Below, piece after piece: positions 1-11,012 of a stretch of 64,000 nucleotides of DNA. A program made the translations under genes and the position numbers. Numbering within the stretch: position 1 is the stretch's first letter; each line of letters opens with the position of its first letter. A model generated the notes under the pieces. The model did no database searches and was not told the DNA's origin. It saw only the letters and a program-made list of their open reading frames with translations. The DNA comes from Bacteroides sp. (GTDB lineage: Bacteria; Bacteroidota; Bacteroidia; Bacteroidales; Bacteroidaceae). The stretch spans positions 5,579-69,578 of the forward strand of contig DAIMFE010000006.1 in NCBI GenBank assembly GCA_036724805.1, given 5' to 3'.

Positions 1-1532
1 AAACTTTCTCCGAAACACCCTGTTGTATGGTCGCCTAGCCATGGTTGACGTTCGTCTCGTTGCGGACAATCGAGCGGAATTCCCTTGTAATTTCCATTAA
101 TGCCCCAATAGGCATTTTTATGTATTTGGTTAAGTAGAGGATTCGAAGACTCAAAAGTACTTGTCGACCCGATATTATCGTATACCACTTTCCCTGTAAA
201 ATCATTTACAGTTGGAGCTCCGGGATATCCTGTTACTTCTATAAAACGGAATCCATGCGTTACAAAGCGAGGTTCCCATATTTCTTGTTGCCCTCCTTTC
301 ATAGTGTAAACGTCTGTTACCTTAGCACTACGAAGATTTTCGGTATATAATCGGCCGTTCTTATCTAATGTTTCAGCAAAACGCAGTGTGATTTTATCTC
401 CCTTTTTTCCGGTAGCTTTCAGTTGAACCCAGCCAACCATATTTTGCCCCATATCCACAATAAAGGTATCCGGTGCAAAGGCTTTCACACTCACCGGCGT
501 CATTGTTTGCATCACAGCCATATTATCGTTCATCTGAGCAGATAATATACCTTTCGGAGCTTCCACCCATTCGGCTTTCAGCCAGTTGCGGTCATTATAT
601 CCCACTGTATTCCAAGCCCCAAGTTCTTTGGTTGCATCATATATCTCTCCGTCAAAGTCGTTATTGGAACGAATAGGTCCGTTGGATGTTACTTTCCATG
701 TATTGTTACTTACAACGGTTTGTTTTGTTCCGTCCGTATATTCAACCTCCAATTGCAAAAGCATCTTAGGATAACCGAAAGTCTTTATTTTATTAGGCTT
801 GAAATTCTGACGCACATTATAAAAGCGTCCATTTCCTAGTATTGTACCGATGGCATTCTTACCATTTTGCAGGTATGATGTTACATCGAATGTGTTGTAT
901 CTCAATGATTCATTATAATCGGTAGGAGTAGGGGCAAGAACCTGATTGCCTATTTTCTCGCCATTGATATATAGTTCGTACAATCCAAGTCCTGATATAT
1001 ATACTTTAGCTGATTTTACAGCTTTGGAATTTATAAATTCTTTTCTGAAATAACGCGCGGATAATCGCGAGTGCTGCGTCTCACTATCCCATGGAAAGGC
1101 TTTATCCAGGCCTATCCATTGAGCAGTCCAATCTGTATTACTCAATAATCCAACACTAAATTTGGCAATGTTGCTTGATGTTGTTTCTCCTTTGTTTGTT
1201 TTTATAGTTACCTTCCAGAAAGCCTGTTTTCTGCTTGTCAGCTGTTTTCCGGCGTAATAAACATAAACCGACCGGTTACTCTTTGTTTCTCCCGAATCCC
1301 ATAAATCGGCTTCTCCTTTGTTTAATTTATCCAAAGAGGAGGCAACCAAAATATGATAGGAAACCTGCTCTATATTTCTTTCTTTCGAATTGATTATCCA
1401 GCTAAAACGAGGAGTTGTTGTACCTATTCCCTCCGGATTGTTCAACATTTCGCAACGAAGGTCTGTTATTTCCGATGAAAATGAAGAGGAGGCAATCAAT
1501 AAGGTTGTGAATAAAAATAATATTTTTTTCAT
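1..1532 (-). CDS. GH78 alpha-L-rhamnosidase, 5' part (runs off the window's left edge; not in the ORF track)
   Basis: Manual translation from ATG at 1532: MKKILFLFTTLLIASSSFSSEITDLRCEMLNNPEGIGTTTPRFSW; near base 1 the frame reads IPLDCPQRDERQPWLGD, the GH78 catalytic-region motif. Confidence 0.9.
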   Translation of the reverse strand, partial: MKKILFLFTTLLIASSSFSSEITDLRCEMLNNPEGIGTTTPRFSWIINSKERNIEQVSYHILVASSLDKLNKGEADLWDSGETKSNRSVYVYYAGKQLTSRKQAFWKVTIKTNKGETTSSNIAKFSVGLLSNTDWTAQWIGLDKAFPWDSETQHSRLSARYFRKEFINSKAVKSAKVYISGLGLYELYINGEKIGNQVLAPTPTDYNESLRYNTFDVTSYLQNGKNAIGTILGNGRFYNVRQNFKPNKIKTFGYPKMLLQLEVEYTDGTKQTVVSNNTWKVTSNGPIRSNNDFDGEIYDATKELGAWNTVGYNDRNWLKAEWVEAPKGILSAQMNDNMAVMQTMTPVSVKAFAPDTFIVDMGQNMVGWVQLKATGKKGDKITLRFAETLDKNGRLYTENLRSAKVTDVYTMKGGQQEIWEPRFVTHGFRFIEVTGYPGAPTVNDFTGKVVYDNIGSTSTFESSNPLLNQIHKNAYWGINGNYKGIPLDCPQRDERQPWLGDHTTGCFGES

Positions 1533-1567
1533 TTTACCCAGTATAGTATGTTGTAGTTATGTGTAAA

Positions 1568-2998
1568 TTATTCTAAATGATCCTGAACGTATGAAACAGT
1601 AGAGTCGGTAATAATAAGCACCCAATCATTACCCGAGCCGTAGCCCGAATCGTGCGCGAATGCCTGTTTACCATTGTCGAATTTTCCGATGTAAGAAACA
1701 GAGCCGTTACTAGGGCTGTACCACCATGCTTTCTTATTTGCTCCCGATATTTTTGTCATATCTATTTCGGCCATACGATTGGTGTAGTTATATACCAGAA
1801 TATAATCTTTTCCACGAGTAGCAATTACACGTTCGTACTGACTGCCATTTGCATTAGCGATAACAGATTGGTCGGGTATTCTGTCAAAATAAGGGAAAGC
1901 CAGCATTAGCTTTTTCAGATATTTCATTTGTTGACAACCGGGGTCGTGTAATGCCTCCCACCAAGGCTTTTTCGCTCCAAAAGATGGCATATAACCCGGA
2001 CGAAGCATTTGCATAGTCGAATTATGCCCGTAGGTGTGCCCAAACGAACCGGCAAATACCGACCAATAGGCATAGCGGCGAACATCCTCTGCCTGCCAAC
2101 GGCGTTCGCCCGCGTCATGTAATCCGTGGGGAATATCTTCGTATGAAGGTTCCCCATCCAAAACAGGTTTCAATGGTACAGCAGCAAGGCTACGTTCTAC
2201 AAAGCGCCAGTTATCTTCTTCGGTATTCTCTTCGATAGGATAGTCTCCATCTCCATTGCGCTGGTTATACCGGCGGTGGCCCGATTGAAACATATTGAAA
2301 TCGAGCCAAGGCTCATTGTTGAACCAAGTTGTAGAAGTGGTGCGCCCGCGAGGATGGAAAGTCATCAAATGATCCGAATCGATACTTCTGATAGACCTGG
2401 CTAAAGCCTGCCAAACTTCGGGCTCTACATCGCCTCGTTCGTCACCGCCAATCAGCCAAATGATATTCGGATATTTCTTATAACGCTCGGCAAGAAATTT
2501 GCCGTATTTTTTTGCATCCTCAACCGATAGTTGCTTCGATTTAACAGGACCTCCCCATACACATACAATGCCGATGTATATGCCGTTTCTTTGAGCTCTT
2601 TCTACAATATAATCAACATGCTGCCAATAATTATATTCGCCTGCTTTATCGATGTTTTTAAAATCGAAGCCATTAGGTAATGCCCAATGTCCGTAGAAAT
2701 TCATTGCCGAAATAGTATGTAATGTAGATATTTGTACTACATTATAACCATTCTTGCGGGTTTCGGCCATAAAGTAATCCACCTCATCCCGGTTAGAGCG
2801 CGAAGGAAGAAGCCACGCTGTTTCTCCCAGCCAAAAGAAAGGTTTTCCATTTTCGTGCTGAAGAAAGCGCTTATTGTCGCTTACTTTCAACTTACCGTTT
2901 TCCCAGGGTATTACTGTTTTCGATTTCTCTTGAGCTTCTACGGTGTTTATCAAAAGGCTTAGCACTAATAGTAAAAAGCTCAGTTTTATTTTTTTCAT
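1568..2998 (-). CDS. GH140/DUF4038 glycoside hydrolase (putative endo-apiosidase, BT1012-like)
   Basis: Signal peptide; GKPFFWLGETAW, NIIWLIGGD, TFHPRG, FNMFQSGH, KPVLDGEPSYE motifs; C-terminal collagen-binding-like module (WWYSPSNG). Confidence 0.85.
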   Translation of the reverse strand: MKKIKLSFLLLVLSLLINTVEAQEKSKTVIPWENGKLKVSDNKRFLQHENGKPFFWLGETAWLLPSRSNRDEVDYFMAETRKNGYNVVQISTLHTISAMNFYGHWALPNGFDFKNIDKAGEYNYWQHVDYIVERAQRNGIYIGIVCVWGGPVKSKQLSVEDAKKYGKFLAERYKKYPNIIWLIGGDERGDVEPEVWQALARSIRSIDSDHLMTFHPRGRTTSTTWFNNEPWLDFNMFQSGHRRYNQRNGDGDYPIEENTEEDNWRFVERSLAAVPLKPVLDGEPSYEDIPHGLHDAGERRWQAEDVRRYAYWSVFAGSFGHTYGHNSTMQMLRPGYMPSFGAKKPWWEALHDPGCQQMKYLKKLMLAFPYFDRIPDQSVIANANGSQYERVIATRGKDYILVYNYTNRMAEIDMTKISGANKKAWWYSPSNGSVSYIGKFDNGKQAFAHDSGYGSGNDWVLIITDSTVSYVQDHLE

Positions 2999-3046
2999 AT
3001 CCTATAATTGTTGTTTCTTATTATATGCGGTAAATACGATTAACTC

Positions 3047-4261
3047 TTATTTCAACATGCTCTTTTCATGTTCCATTGCTGCCCAAATGAAAGTTGGTAC
3101 AGATTTCGGGTCGTTTTCGATAACGGGTTCACTAATGTAATATTCAAACGAACCATCGCGATATTTCTTCTCACCACCTAATCCGGCAACAGCGCAACAA
3201 TTCGTGATTGTATAGGTTCCATTATCTTCTTTCTTGATAAATTCTTTTACCAGTCCATCGAAACCTTTATCGGCCGCGGCTTTATATTCTTTACCTATAT
3301 ATCCTTTATTCATGGCTTTGTACAGAAAGCCAACCAGCATGGACGAACCCGAAGATTCCAGATAATTACCCTCTTTATCTCCTTTATTGGTAACCTGATA
3401 CCAAACACCGCTTTTTTCGTCCTGCCATTTTACGGCTCCTTTTGCTATCTTGTTTATAATTTCTATTACATCATTTCTTTCACTATGATTTTGAGGCAGA
3501 TAATCCAAAACATCCACTAAGGCCATTGCATACCAACCGATGCTTCTTGTCCAAAAATTAGGAGACCTCCCGGTGCTTTTATCCGCCCATTTTTGTTCTT
3601 TGCTTTCATCCCAGCCGTGATAAAATAATCCAGCTTTGCTATCATAACTGTTTTTATCCATCAGTTTGATTTGGTTGATTACATCATCAAATATTTCGGG
3701 TTTGTTGAAATCTTTTGCATATTCAGCCAGAAAAGGAGACGCCATATAAATACCATCGAGCCACATTTGATGCGGATATATTTTTTTATGCCAATAGCCA
3801 CCCTCTTTGGTGCGAGGATGAATAGCCATTTGGGCAACCAGCGTGTCGATCGCTATTTTATAGCGTTGGTTTCCGGTTGCTTTATAAAGGCGGAACAATA
3901 TTTTACCCGGATTAATATTATCAATATTGAACTTATCCATACGATAAGTTTTTATTTGCCCTTCCTTGGTTATCAAGGTGTCGGCATATCCTTTGGCGTA
4001 ATTATAATAAACACTGTCGCCTGTATAGTCAAACATATCAAGCATTGCTTTGGCAACACAGCCGTGCGTATATCCCCAACGTGGAGATTTCGCTTTTTCT
4101 ATCATCCATGCTTCGGGAAAACGAACCATCTCGGATTGAGCCATCCTAACCGACCATCTATCATCTTCTTTTTCTGTTTTTGTCTCTTTTCCTTTACATG
4201 AGCTTAGCATCAGAAAAACAGCTAAGCACCCTAATATTGATAGCTTTGTATTTTTTTTCAT
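3047..4261 (-). CDS. GH105 unsaturated rhamnogalacturonyl/glucuronyl hydrolase, lipoprotein
   Basis: QMWLDGIYM, LFYHGWDE, FWTRSIGW, NYLESSGS motifs; start moved to ATG 4261 (MKKNTKL...LMLSSC lipobox) because the upstream extension is repeat DNA. Confidence 0.9.
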   Translation of the reverse strand: MKKNTKLSILGCLAVFLMLSSCKGKETKTEKEDDRWSVRMAQSEMVRFPEAWMIEKAKSPRWGYTHGCVAKAMLDMFDYTGDSVYYNYAKGYADTLITKEGQIKTYRMDKFNIDNINPGKILFRLYKATGNQRYKIAIDTLVAQMAIHPRTKEGGYWHKKIYPHQMWLDGIYMASPFLAEYAKDFNKPEIFDDVINQIKLMDKNSYDSKAGLFYHGWDESKEQKWADKSTGRSPNFWTRSIGWYAMALVDVLDYLPQNHSERNDVIEIINKIAKGAVKWQDEKSGVWYQVTNKGDKEGNYLESSGSSMLVGFLYKAMNKGYIGKEYKAAADKGFDGLVKEFIKKEDNGTYTITNCCAVAGLGGEKKYRDGSFEYYISEPVIENDPKSVPTFIWAAMEHEKSMLK

Positions 4262-4363
4262 ACCTAAATTATTGTTGTACCCACCACTAACAGGGGGATC
4301 GTTAAACATTCTTTTTAAATAAAAACAGTTGAGTTTAGACAAAAGAAAGATAAGTACTGTTTC

Positions 4364-4493
4364 AAATGCACGTTGCATTTTCTCAAATGCAACCGTGCAT
4401 TTTCAAATTACCACGTTGCTGTTGAGACAAATGCCACGTGCATTTGGGAGAAATGCCACGTGCATTTTAGAGAAATACAACTTATGCTATTTT
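4364..4493. repeat. Array of ~6 imperfect palindromes (AAATGCA-CGT-TGCATTT type), ~22-bp period; copy A
   Basis: Units aaatgcacgttgcattt, aaatgcaaccgtgcattt, aaattaccacgttgctgtt, aaatgccacgtgcattt x2, aaatacaacttatgctattt. Confidence 0.9.
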
Positions 4494-4558
4494 ACGATAA
4501 CCAATCTTTCAATGCTGTCAAAGAACTCGTGAAGGTATTAAATGTACCTACGGTTTTC

Positions 4559-7015
4559 TTAGTTTGATATTTTGAAATTGTACGTCTTACCTTTCTCTGT
4601 TTTCAAATCGTAGAGATAGGTTGTTTTATCCGGATTTAAATCTGTTATTTTTAAACTTGCCTTATCCGAAATTAAAGGTGTTTTTACCTCGGGAACAGCG
4701 AAAAGCGGATTCGGATTTTCCCCTTTGGCTTTCTTTATTCCATTTCCTTTTAAAGCAACCGCCGAACGTAAACGACAATTGCCCCCTTGGCGAGAGTAAA
4801 TATTCAAATTTGTTACTTTACCGTTTTTCCAGTCCATATTGATAACAAAACCTCCGCGGGCTACCAATCCTTTTATGCTTCCGTTTTTCCATACCGAAGG
4901 AAGAGCGGGCAAAAGATAAATGGCTCCATCATGGCTTTGCATAAACATTTCGGCAATACCTGCGGTGCATCCAAAGTTGCCGTCTATCTGGAAAGGAGGA
5001 TGCGCATCGAACATATTGCTGTATGTTCCGCCTTTTTTCTTTTCATTGGTAACTAAATCTAATTGATTGGTTAATAGTTTATAAGCATGGTCACCATCTA
5101 ATAATCTAGCCCATAAACACACCTTCCAACCCATAGACCATCCTGTGGATGGATCGCCTCTATATATCAAAGAGTTCTTTGCTGCTTCAAACAATTCGGG
5201 TGTTCTTACCGGAGATATCTGATTGCTAGGGTATAATCCGTACAAATGAGAAACATGACGATGCTTATCATCGGGTAAATCCCAATCGTATAACCATTCC
5301 TGCAACTGGTTGTGTTGCCCAACCTGCATAGGCGGTAAGAGATCTCTTTTGTATCGGAGGGTATCCGCAAAATCATTGTCTATCCCCAATGCTTCAGAAG
5401 CAGTTATCACATCTGAAAATAAATCGAAAACCAACTGATTGTCCATTGTTGTACCTGCACTGATAGTTGCTTTATTCTTACTAGCCGAGTGGGTGTTTTC
5501 GGGAGAGTTAGAAGGAGATACAACCAGCCAGCCATGTTCGGGTTCTGCAATCAGAAAATCATTGAAAAACAAGGCTGCCCCTTTCATTATCGGATAGATA
5601 GATTTTAGATATTCTTTGTTCCCTGTTTGCAGGTACCTGTACCAAAGGTGCTGACTTACCCATGCGCCTCCTGTTGGCCACATCCCTGATGCTGCCCTGT
5701 CAACAGGTCCTGTTATCCGCCAAATGTCTGTATTGTGATGAAGCACCCATCCTCTACAATTGTACACTAGGCTTGCTGTATGCGTTCCTGTTTCTGCCAC
5801 TTCATGAACCAACTGTAGCATAGGCTCATGCATTTCGCTGAGATTAGTAACTTCGGCAGGCCAGTAGTTCATCTCCAAATTGATATTACAGGTATATTTA
5901 CTATCCCATGAAGGCAGGAAGCGATCGTTCCAGATTCCTTGTAAATTGGCGGGCTGCGTATTAGGTTGTGAGCAGGAAATGAGCAAGTAACGCCCAAACT
6001 GAAAGTAAAGCGCAGCCAGTTCGGGGTCAAAGGCTTGAGAAAATTCTTTTATTCTTATATCTGTTGGCTTTCGAGCAGCCTCCGTTTTTCCTAAGTCAAT
6101 CGACATTCTGTCCATATACTGGCGGAAAAAAGCAGTATGCTCTCTCTTTGCTGTTTCGTAATCTTTAGCGAATGCCCGAGAAATATATTGTTTAGATTTA
6201 AGGGTCTTGTCTCCCGAAATATCTTTGTAATTAACAAAATTGGTAGCTATAGCAATATATAGAATCGCTTCATCCGCATTTTCAATAGCAATAATATCAT
6301 CGGAAGTTGTAAACGCGCCACCCATTACTTTGGGTTTTACGCGTGTTTCGAACTGTACTTTTCCACTTTGCTTTTCGTGGGCAGGGGTGATTCCTGTTAG
6401 AACAAGCTGATTATCTTCTATTGTTCTTTCTACTTTTTCTTGCGGAGTAGTTAGAAAAACATTGCAGGTAATGCTTTTAGGTTTATCCGCAGTTAGTTTT
6501 ACAATGATAGCCTGATCGGTGAAAGAGGTAAATATTTCGCGTTTATAGGTCACGCCATCTACTTTATAGGTTACACTGGCAACGGCATTACCGATGTCTA
6601 AATCGCGGTAATAATCAGTATATTTATTATGATTGGGAAACGAAATAAACAAATCGCCCATTGTTTGGTAAGGCATACCATGATTTTTAGGAGACATTAT
6701 TTTTGCCGTGGCTATATCTTGTGCCTCTACATATTTTCCTTCAAAAACCAATCTACGTATATTCTCTAATACTCCGTCTTCCGGTTTATGCGCGTTACTG
6801 TTGGGCGAACCTGCCCAAATCGTTTCTTCGTTCAGTTGTAAATGCTCCACCGCCGGGGTTCCGAAAACCATGGCTCCCAAGCGCCCGTTGCCCAATGGTA
6901 AAGCGCTATTCCAGTCCAAAGCCGGTTTATCGTACCATAGTTTCAGGTTTTCCTGCGATTGCAATTGCATCGAACAACAAATAGTCAAAATAAGAAATAA
7001 GGTCTTTTTTATCAT
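4559..7015 (-). CDS. GH95 alpha-L-fucosidase/alpha-L-galactosidase
   Basis: [64 protein letters not shown]. Confidence 0.93.
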   Translation of the reverse strand: MIKKTLFLILTICCSMQLQSQENLKLWYDKPALDWNSALPLGNGRLGAMVFGTPAVEHLQLNEETIWAGSPNSNAHKPEDGVLENIRRLVFEGKYVEAQDIATAKIMSPKNHGMPYQTMGDLFISFPNHNKYTDYYRDLDIGNAVASVTYKVDGVTYKREIFTSFTDQAIIVKLTADKPKSITCNVFLTTPQEKVERTIEDNQLVLTGITPAHEKQSGKVQFETRVKPKVMGGAFTTSDDIIAIENADEAILYIAIATNFVNYKDISGDKTLKSKQYISRAFAKDYETAKREHTAFFRQYMDRMSIDLGKTEAARKPTDIRIKEFSQAFDPELAALYFQFGRYLLISCSQPNTQPANLQGIWNDRFLPSWDSKYTCNINLEMNYWPAEVTNLSEMHEPMLQLVHEVAETGTHTASLVYNCRGWVLHHNTDIWRITGPVDRAASGMWPTGGAWVSQHLWYRYLQTGNKEYLKSIYPIMKGAALFFNDFLIAEPEHGWLVVSPSNSPENTHSASKNKATISAGTTMDNQLVFDLFSDVITASEALGIDNDFADTLRYKRDLLPPMQVGQHNQLQEWLYDWDLPDDKHRHVSHLYGLYPSNQISPVRTPELFEAAKNSLIYRGDPSTGWSMGWKVCLWARLLDGDHAYKLLTNQLDLVTNEKKKGGTYSNMFDAHPPFQIDGNFGCTAGIAEMFMQSHDGAIYLLPALPSVWKNGSIKGLVARGGFVINMDWKNGKVTNLNIYSRQGGNCRLRSAVALKGNGIKKAKGENPNPLFAVPEVKTPLISDKASLKITDLNPDKTTYLYDLKTEKGKTYNFKISN

Positions 7016-7030
7016 GGTCGTAATTTATTG

Positions 7031-8434
7031 TTAATCTGTTATTCCTGCATCCTTCAATACTTTCAATAATGCTTCTTTTCCTTTTATAGCATTTACCGGA
7101 AGCTTCTCTCCTTTCTCTCCAAATACATACATCTGATGCTCTTTCTCAATCGTAACCTTCGATTCATCAAACTCACCGTTTTTATCCAGAACTTTATTTT
7201 TATCCAGATTGAAATGTTTGGCTACGAAATGATACATCGCTTTTCGTTTAGATAGGCCGTAATCGTGTCCTTCGGTAGGGAAATGTTCGTTTTCTATATT
7301 ATTTTCCGCATTATAAAAGGCGTATGTTCTTTTCAGAAAAGGATATTCTAATTGGGGAACAATATTTGTCCAGTCTTTACCATCCGAAAGGATCAGTTGC
7401 GGTTTCGGAGCAAACATTGCTGCTATTTCCACATTATTTGTTCTGTTTCCGCAAAGATGAGCAGGCATACCGCTTTCGCAAGGACACCCTCCTACAAAAT
7501 AAGAAGACAGCATAACAGTAGGAACACTCAATGTTATGCGGTCGTCTATGGCAGCCATCATCATTGTCATGCTGCCGCCACCCGAACCACCTGTTATTCC
7601 AACTCTCGTTTGGTCTGCTTCTTTCAGCGATAATAAATAATCGAGAACACGCAATGTATTCAGTGTCTGAATGGTATTGGCAACACTTAACCGGTGCAAT
7701 GTACCATCGAATTGCAACAGGCTTTCTCCCCATGCGAAAATATCCCAACTCGCTGAAATAATTCCCATACGCGCCTGTATGGCACACCTTTTCTGTTGGT
7801 CTTCGCGATAACGTCCATCTCCAAAATGCCCATTAGGATTCAGCATAACAGGATGTTTTCCTTTCATTCTTTCAGGTTTATAAACAGAACCCGTTACATA
7901 AATTCCGGGAAGCGTTTCTATGGCAAAATTCTCGACTGTATATCCGTTGTATTTCCTTTTGGGTGTTAATATAACTTTAGAATCTGGTCGTGGTGGAACA
8001 GGAGATAATTTCAAGGCTTTGGGCAAACAAACTTTTAATTCTGCTTTGCGTTTTTCCCAGCCTTCTTTATCCGAGTAAAGGGTTTCCAAATATGCTAAGA
8101 ACTTTTTTCCTTCGGCTTCATTCGACCTTGCATATTCGAACTCTTTTATTTTATATTTTCCGTTGTCCATCACAAACTTGTAATCGAACGGTGCAAGAAC
8201 CGCATTCAACGATTCTTCGGCGCTCCATGGTTTGATGCGCCAGTCTGCATATTTCAGCATCTTGCCGTCAATCATCTTTTTGTCGTATTTAATTTTGATA
8301 TCGAACTGATTCTCAATATCCATTAGTACGTCTATCAGAGGACGTATATAAGCGCTGTCTGCGGTCTGTCTGTCTTGTGCAAAGCCACAGATGCAAAATG
8401 AAATACCGATGATAGTTAAAAGTACTTTTTTCAT
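7031..8434 (-). CDS. Alpha/beta-hydrolase carbohydrate esterase (CE19/BT1017-like pectin methylesterase candidate) with N-terminal STN/FecR-C-like module
   Basis: GITGGSGGG nucleophile elbow, GGCPCESG, FAPKPQL..SDGKDWT, EGHDYG; adjacent to GH28 as BT1017/BT1018 are (recalled). Confidence 0.7.
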   Translation of the reverse strand: MKKVLLTIIGISFCICGFAQDRQTADSAYIRPLIDVLMDIENQFDIKIKYDKKMIDGKMLKYADWRIKPWSAEESLNAVLAPFDYKFVMDNGKYKIKEFEYARSNEAEGKKFLAYLETLYSDKEGWEKRKAELKVCLPKALKLSPVPPRPDSKVILTPKRKYNGYTVENFAIETLPGIYVTGSVYKPERMKGKHPVMLNPNGHFGDGRYREDQQKRCAIQARMGIISASWDIFAWGESLLQFDGTLHRLSVANTIQTLNTLRVLDYLLSLKEADQTRVGITGGSGGGSMTMMMAAIDDRITLSVPTVMLSSYFVGGCPCESGMPAHLCGNRTNNVEIAAMFAPKPQLILSDGKDWTNIVPQLEYPFLKRTYAFYNAENNIENEHFPTEGHDYGLSKRKAMYHFVAKHFNLDKNKVLDKNGEFDESKVTIEKEHQMYVFGEKGEKLPVNAIKGKEALLKVLKDAGITD

Positions 8435-8478
8435 TTGTTTTTATATTCTTTCGTGGTGGGTGAGATAAGGTTGTATCT

Positions 8479-10065
8479 TTACTTCTCTATAATATTAACC
8501 GATTTATTCAGATTCGCCCCCCTCTCAATAGAAGTAGATAATCTGTTTAAATAGTTATTAACCAGTATAATATTGTCCGTTTTCTGTCCGTCTAGTTTCA
8601 TAAAAGAAGAACTTCCTTTTTCGGGGAAACATCCTTGTACAAACATATCTTTCACATCTGTTACTTCCATTACAGGTTTAGTTTCCAAAGGCTTGGGGTT
8701 ATAACCATTATTAATTCGTATGTTTTCGGTTTCACTTATTTTGAAAGCAGCTCCTATTTTTGTACTTATTCGAACATTCTCCAGCGTAATGTTTTTTGCT
8801 TTATTTATAACAAACCCTGTTTCGGCATCTATATTTATATCGCTGAATGATATATCCGATATAGGGTATTCTTCTATTCCTAAAACCGTGCAAGCCGTAT
8901 TTACTTCCGAACCGGTTAAACCGGAAATATGTATGTTTCTGAATACAGGCGTCCGTTCCGAAAATTCTTCGGCAGGTACATTCGAGTAGAATAAATTAAG
9001 AGTAATCGCTTCTTTGGCGATGTTTTTCATTACGATATTGCTTACTCTGATTTCTTCTACAATACCCCCTCTGCCTCGTGTTGATTTCAAGCGGATGCCT
9101 CTGTCTGTTCCATCAAATACACAATTCGCAATGGTTACTTTACGAACATCACCCGACATTTCACTGCCGATAACAACACCTCCATGCCCCGCCAACATTA
9201 CACAATTAGTGATAGTGATATTTTCGCAGGGAGTAGCATACTGCCTTCCTTGCAAATCACGTCCCGATTTAAGAGTGATACAATCATCGCCCACGGTGAT
9301 ATGACAATTCGAAATCAATACGTTTTTGCAGGAAGAAGGATTGATCCCATCCGTATTAGGGGCATCAGGATTGTTGATTGTAACACCTTGCACTGTCACA
9401 TTTTCACAGAACTCAGGGTTAATCGTCCAGAACGGAGAATTGATAATTGTCACACCTTCTATCTTGAAATCCTTGCATTTATAAGGCTGCATCAACGGCG
9501 GGCGAAAGAAGCGTTTACCTAAAGTACGTTTCCAATCAGATTGTTCTTCTATGGTAAAATTGGGATTTTCTCTTCCCCACATATCCTGATAACCGGCTAA
9601 TTCTTTTTTGAATTCTTCGTCTTTATGTGCTCCTTCAATAGCAAAAGTTCCATACCACCATTTTTTGCCGTTGCCGTCAATCGTTCCTTCTCCTTTAATA
9701 GTGATATTTTCTTGTTCGTATGCATAAATCATCGGACAGAAACTTTTCATCACCACTCCTTCGTAACGCATTTCTACAAAAGGAGTGTACTCCGAAAAAT
9801 TATCGGAGAATTTTAGGGTTGCTCCCGCTTCAATATCCAGCGTAACATTACTTTTCAGTACAATAGGCCCTGTAAGATAAGTGCCCGCCGGGAAAAACAA
9901 GGTTCCTCCTCCTTCAGCAGAGAGTTTATCTATAGCCTTTTTTATAATGGCTGTATTAGATGTTTTACCATCTGCCTTTCCTCCGAAAGTTTTTAAATTA
10001 ATAACTTCCGCTTTCATCAGAAAGCAACAGCAAAGCAGGAAACTTGATATAACGTATTTTTTCAT
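8479..10065 (-). CDS. GH28 polygalacturonase-family enzyme
   Basis: PNTDGIN, GDDCITLKSG, GHGGVVIGSE, GIRLKS..RGG. Confidence 0.93.
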   Translation of the reverse strand: MKKYVISSFLLCCCFLMKAEVINLKTFGGKADGKTSNTAIIKKAIDKLSAEGGGTLFFPAGTYLTGPIVLKSNVTLDIEAGATLKFSDNFSEYTPFVEMRYEGVVMKSFCPMIYAYEQENITIKGEGTIDGNGKKWWYGTFAIEGAHKDEEFKKELAGYQDMWGRENPNFTIEEQSDWKRTLGKRFFRPPLMQPYKCKDFKIEGVTIINSPFWTINPEFCENVTVQGVTINNPDAPNTDGINPSSCKNVLISNCHITVGDDCITLKSGRDLQGRQYATPCENITITNCVMLAGHGGVVIGSEMSGDVRKVTIANCVFDGTDRGIRLKSTRGRGGIVEEIRVSNIVMKNIAKEAITLNLFYSNVPAEEFSERTPVFRNIHISGLTGSEVNTACTVLGIEEYPISDISFSDINIDAETGFVINKAKNITLENVRISTKIGAAFKISETENIRINNGYNPKPLETKPVMEVTDVKDMFVQGCFPEKGSSSFMKLDGQKTDNIILVNNYLNRLSTSIERGANLNKSVNIIEK

Positions 10066-10976
10066 TTCAGTAGCTTGTCTAATTTTTCAATAGCGGTTTT
10101 CACCCTTTCTTTCTCCGGGTCTTTGAACAAGTTAAATGGTTGTGCCAGATAGTCACTGCAAATACCCTTTAGAGACAAAGCCGTTTTTATCCCCTTTATA
10201 TAACTCGAACCAAACTGGCCTATGCCGTATAACTCCTGACTAATACACATCATTTTGTTTTGAAGTTCGATAGTCTTATCTACGTCTTTGTTTGCAGCGG
10301 CATTATATACATCTACAAATATTTCGGGATAAACGTTCGCACCTCCCGAAACCCCTCCGCTCGCACCCATCAATACTACAGATGCCATCATTTCTTCGGG
10401 GCCAATAAACAATTCAAAGTCGGGCTGATCCTTAAATAGCGTCAACAGTTTACAGAAATAAACCCCGCTTGCGGAGCTGTCTTTCAAACCTACTATGTTC
10501 TTATGCTTTGATAGCGCCATTACCGCATCGGGTTCTATCATTGTTTTGGTATGCGAAGGCATATTATACAGATAGAGAGGAAGCGAACATTTGTCTGCCA
10601 ACAGTTCATAATACTCGATTAGTTCGGGTTGTCCCAAAGCAAAATAATAAGGAGGAGCTGCCACAACCGCGGTTGCCTTATGCTCGGCTGCAATCTCAGC
10701 TAGTTTTATGCTTTCATAAACAGATGTATCGGTAATTCCAACCAGTACAGGAACACGACCATTAACGCAGGCGCAAGTCTTTTTTATAAGTTCAACTTTG
10801 ATTTTCGCACTCAAATGCTGCGCTTCTCCGGTTGTACCCAATATAAAAATTCCGCTTACACCTCCCTTAATAAGATGCTCTACTAAGTTTTCGACACCTT
10901 GGCTATCTAATGTATCTGTTTCTATCAATGGCGTAATCATTGGTGGAATTATTCCCCGAAGTGTATTTTTTCTCAT
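10062..10976 (-). CDS. DapA/NanA-family class I aldolase (putative 2-keto-3-deoxy sugar-acid aldolase)
   Basis: GIIPPMITP, GTTGE, YLYNMP, GLKDSS Schiff-base lysine motif. Confidence 0.85.
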   Translation of the reverse strand: MRKNTLRGIIPPMITPLIETDTLDSQGVENLVEHLIKGGVSGIFILGTTGEAQHLSAKIKVELIKKTCACVNGRVPVLVGITDTSVYESIKLAEIAAEHKATAVVAAPPYYFALGQPELIEYYELLADKCSLPLYLYNMPSHTKTMIEPDAVMALSKHKNIVGLKDSSASGVYFCKLLTLFKDQPDFELFIGPEEMMASVVLMGASGGVSGGANVYPEIFVDVYNAAANKDVDKTIELQNKMMCISQELYGIGQFGSSYIKGIKTALSLKGICSDYLAQPFNLFKDPEKERVKTAIEKLDKLLK

Positions 10977-11012
10977 ATCATTATAATTTTCAATATGTTG
11001 CTATTCTATTTC

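Noticed and set aside
10062..10976. Calling this gene dapA of lysine synthesis
   Set aside because: PUL context, the KDSS motif and the adjacent sugar symporter favour a catabolic aldolase
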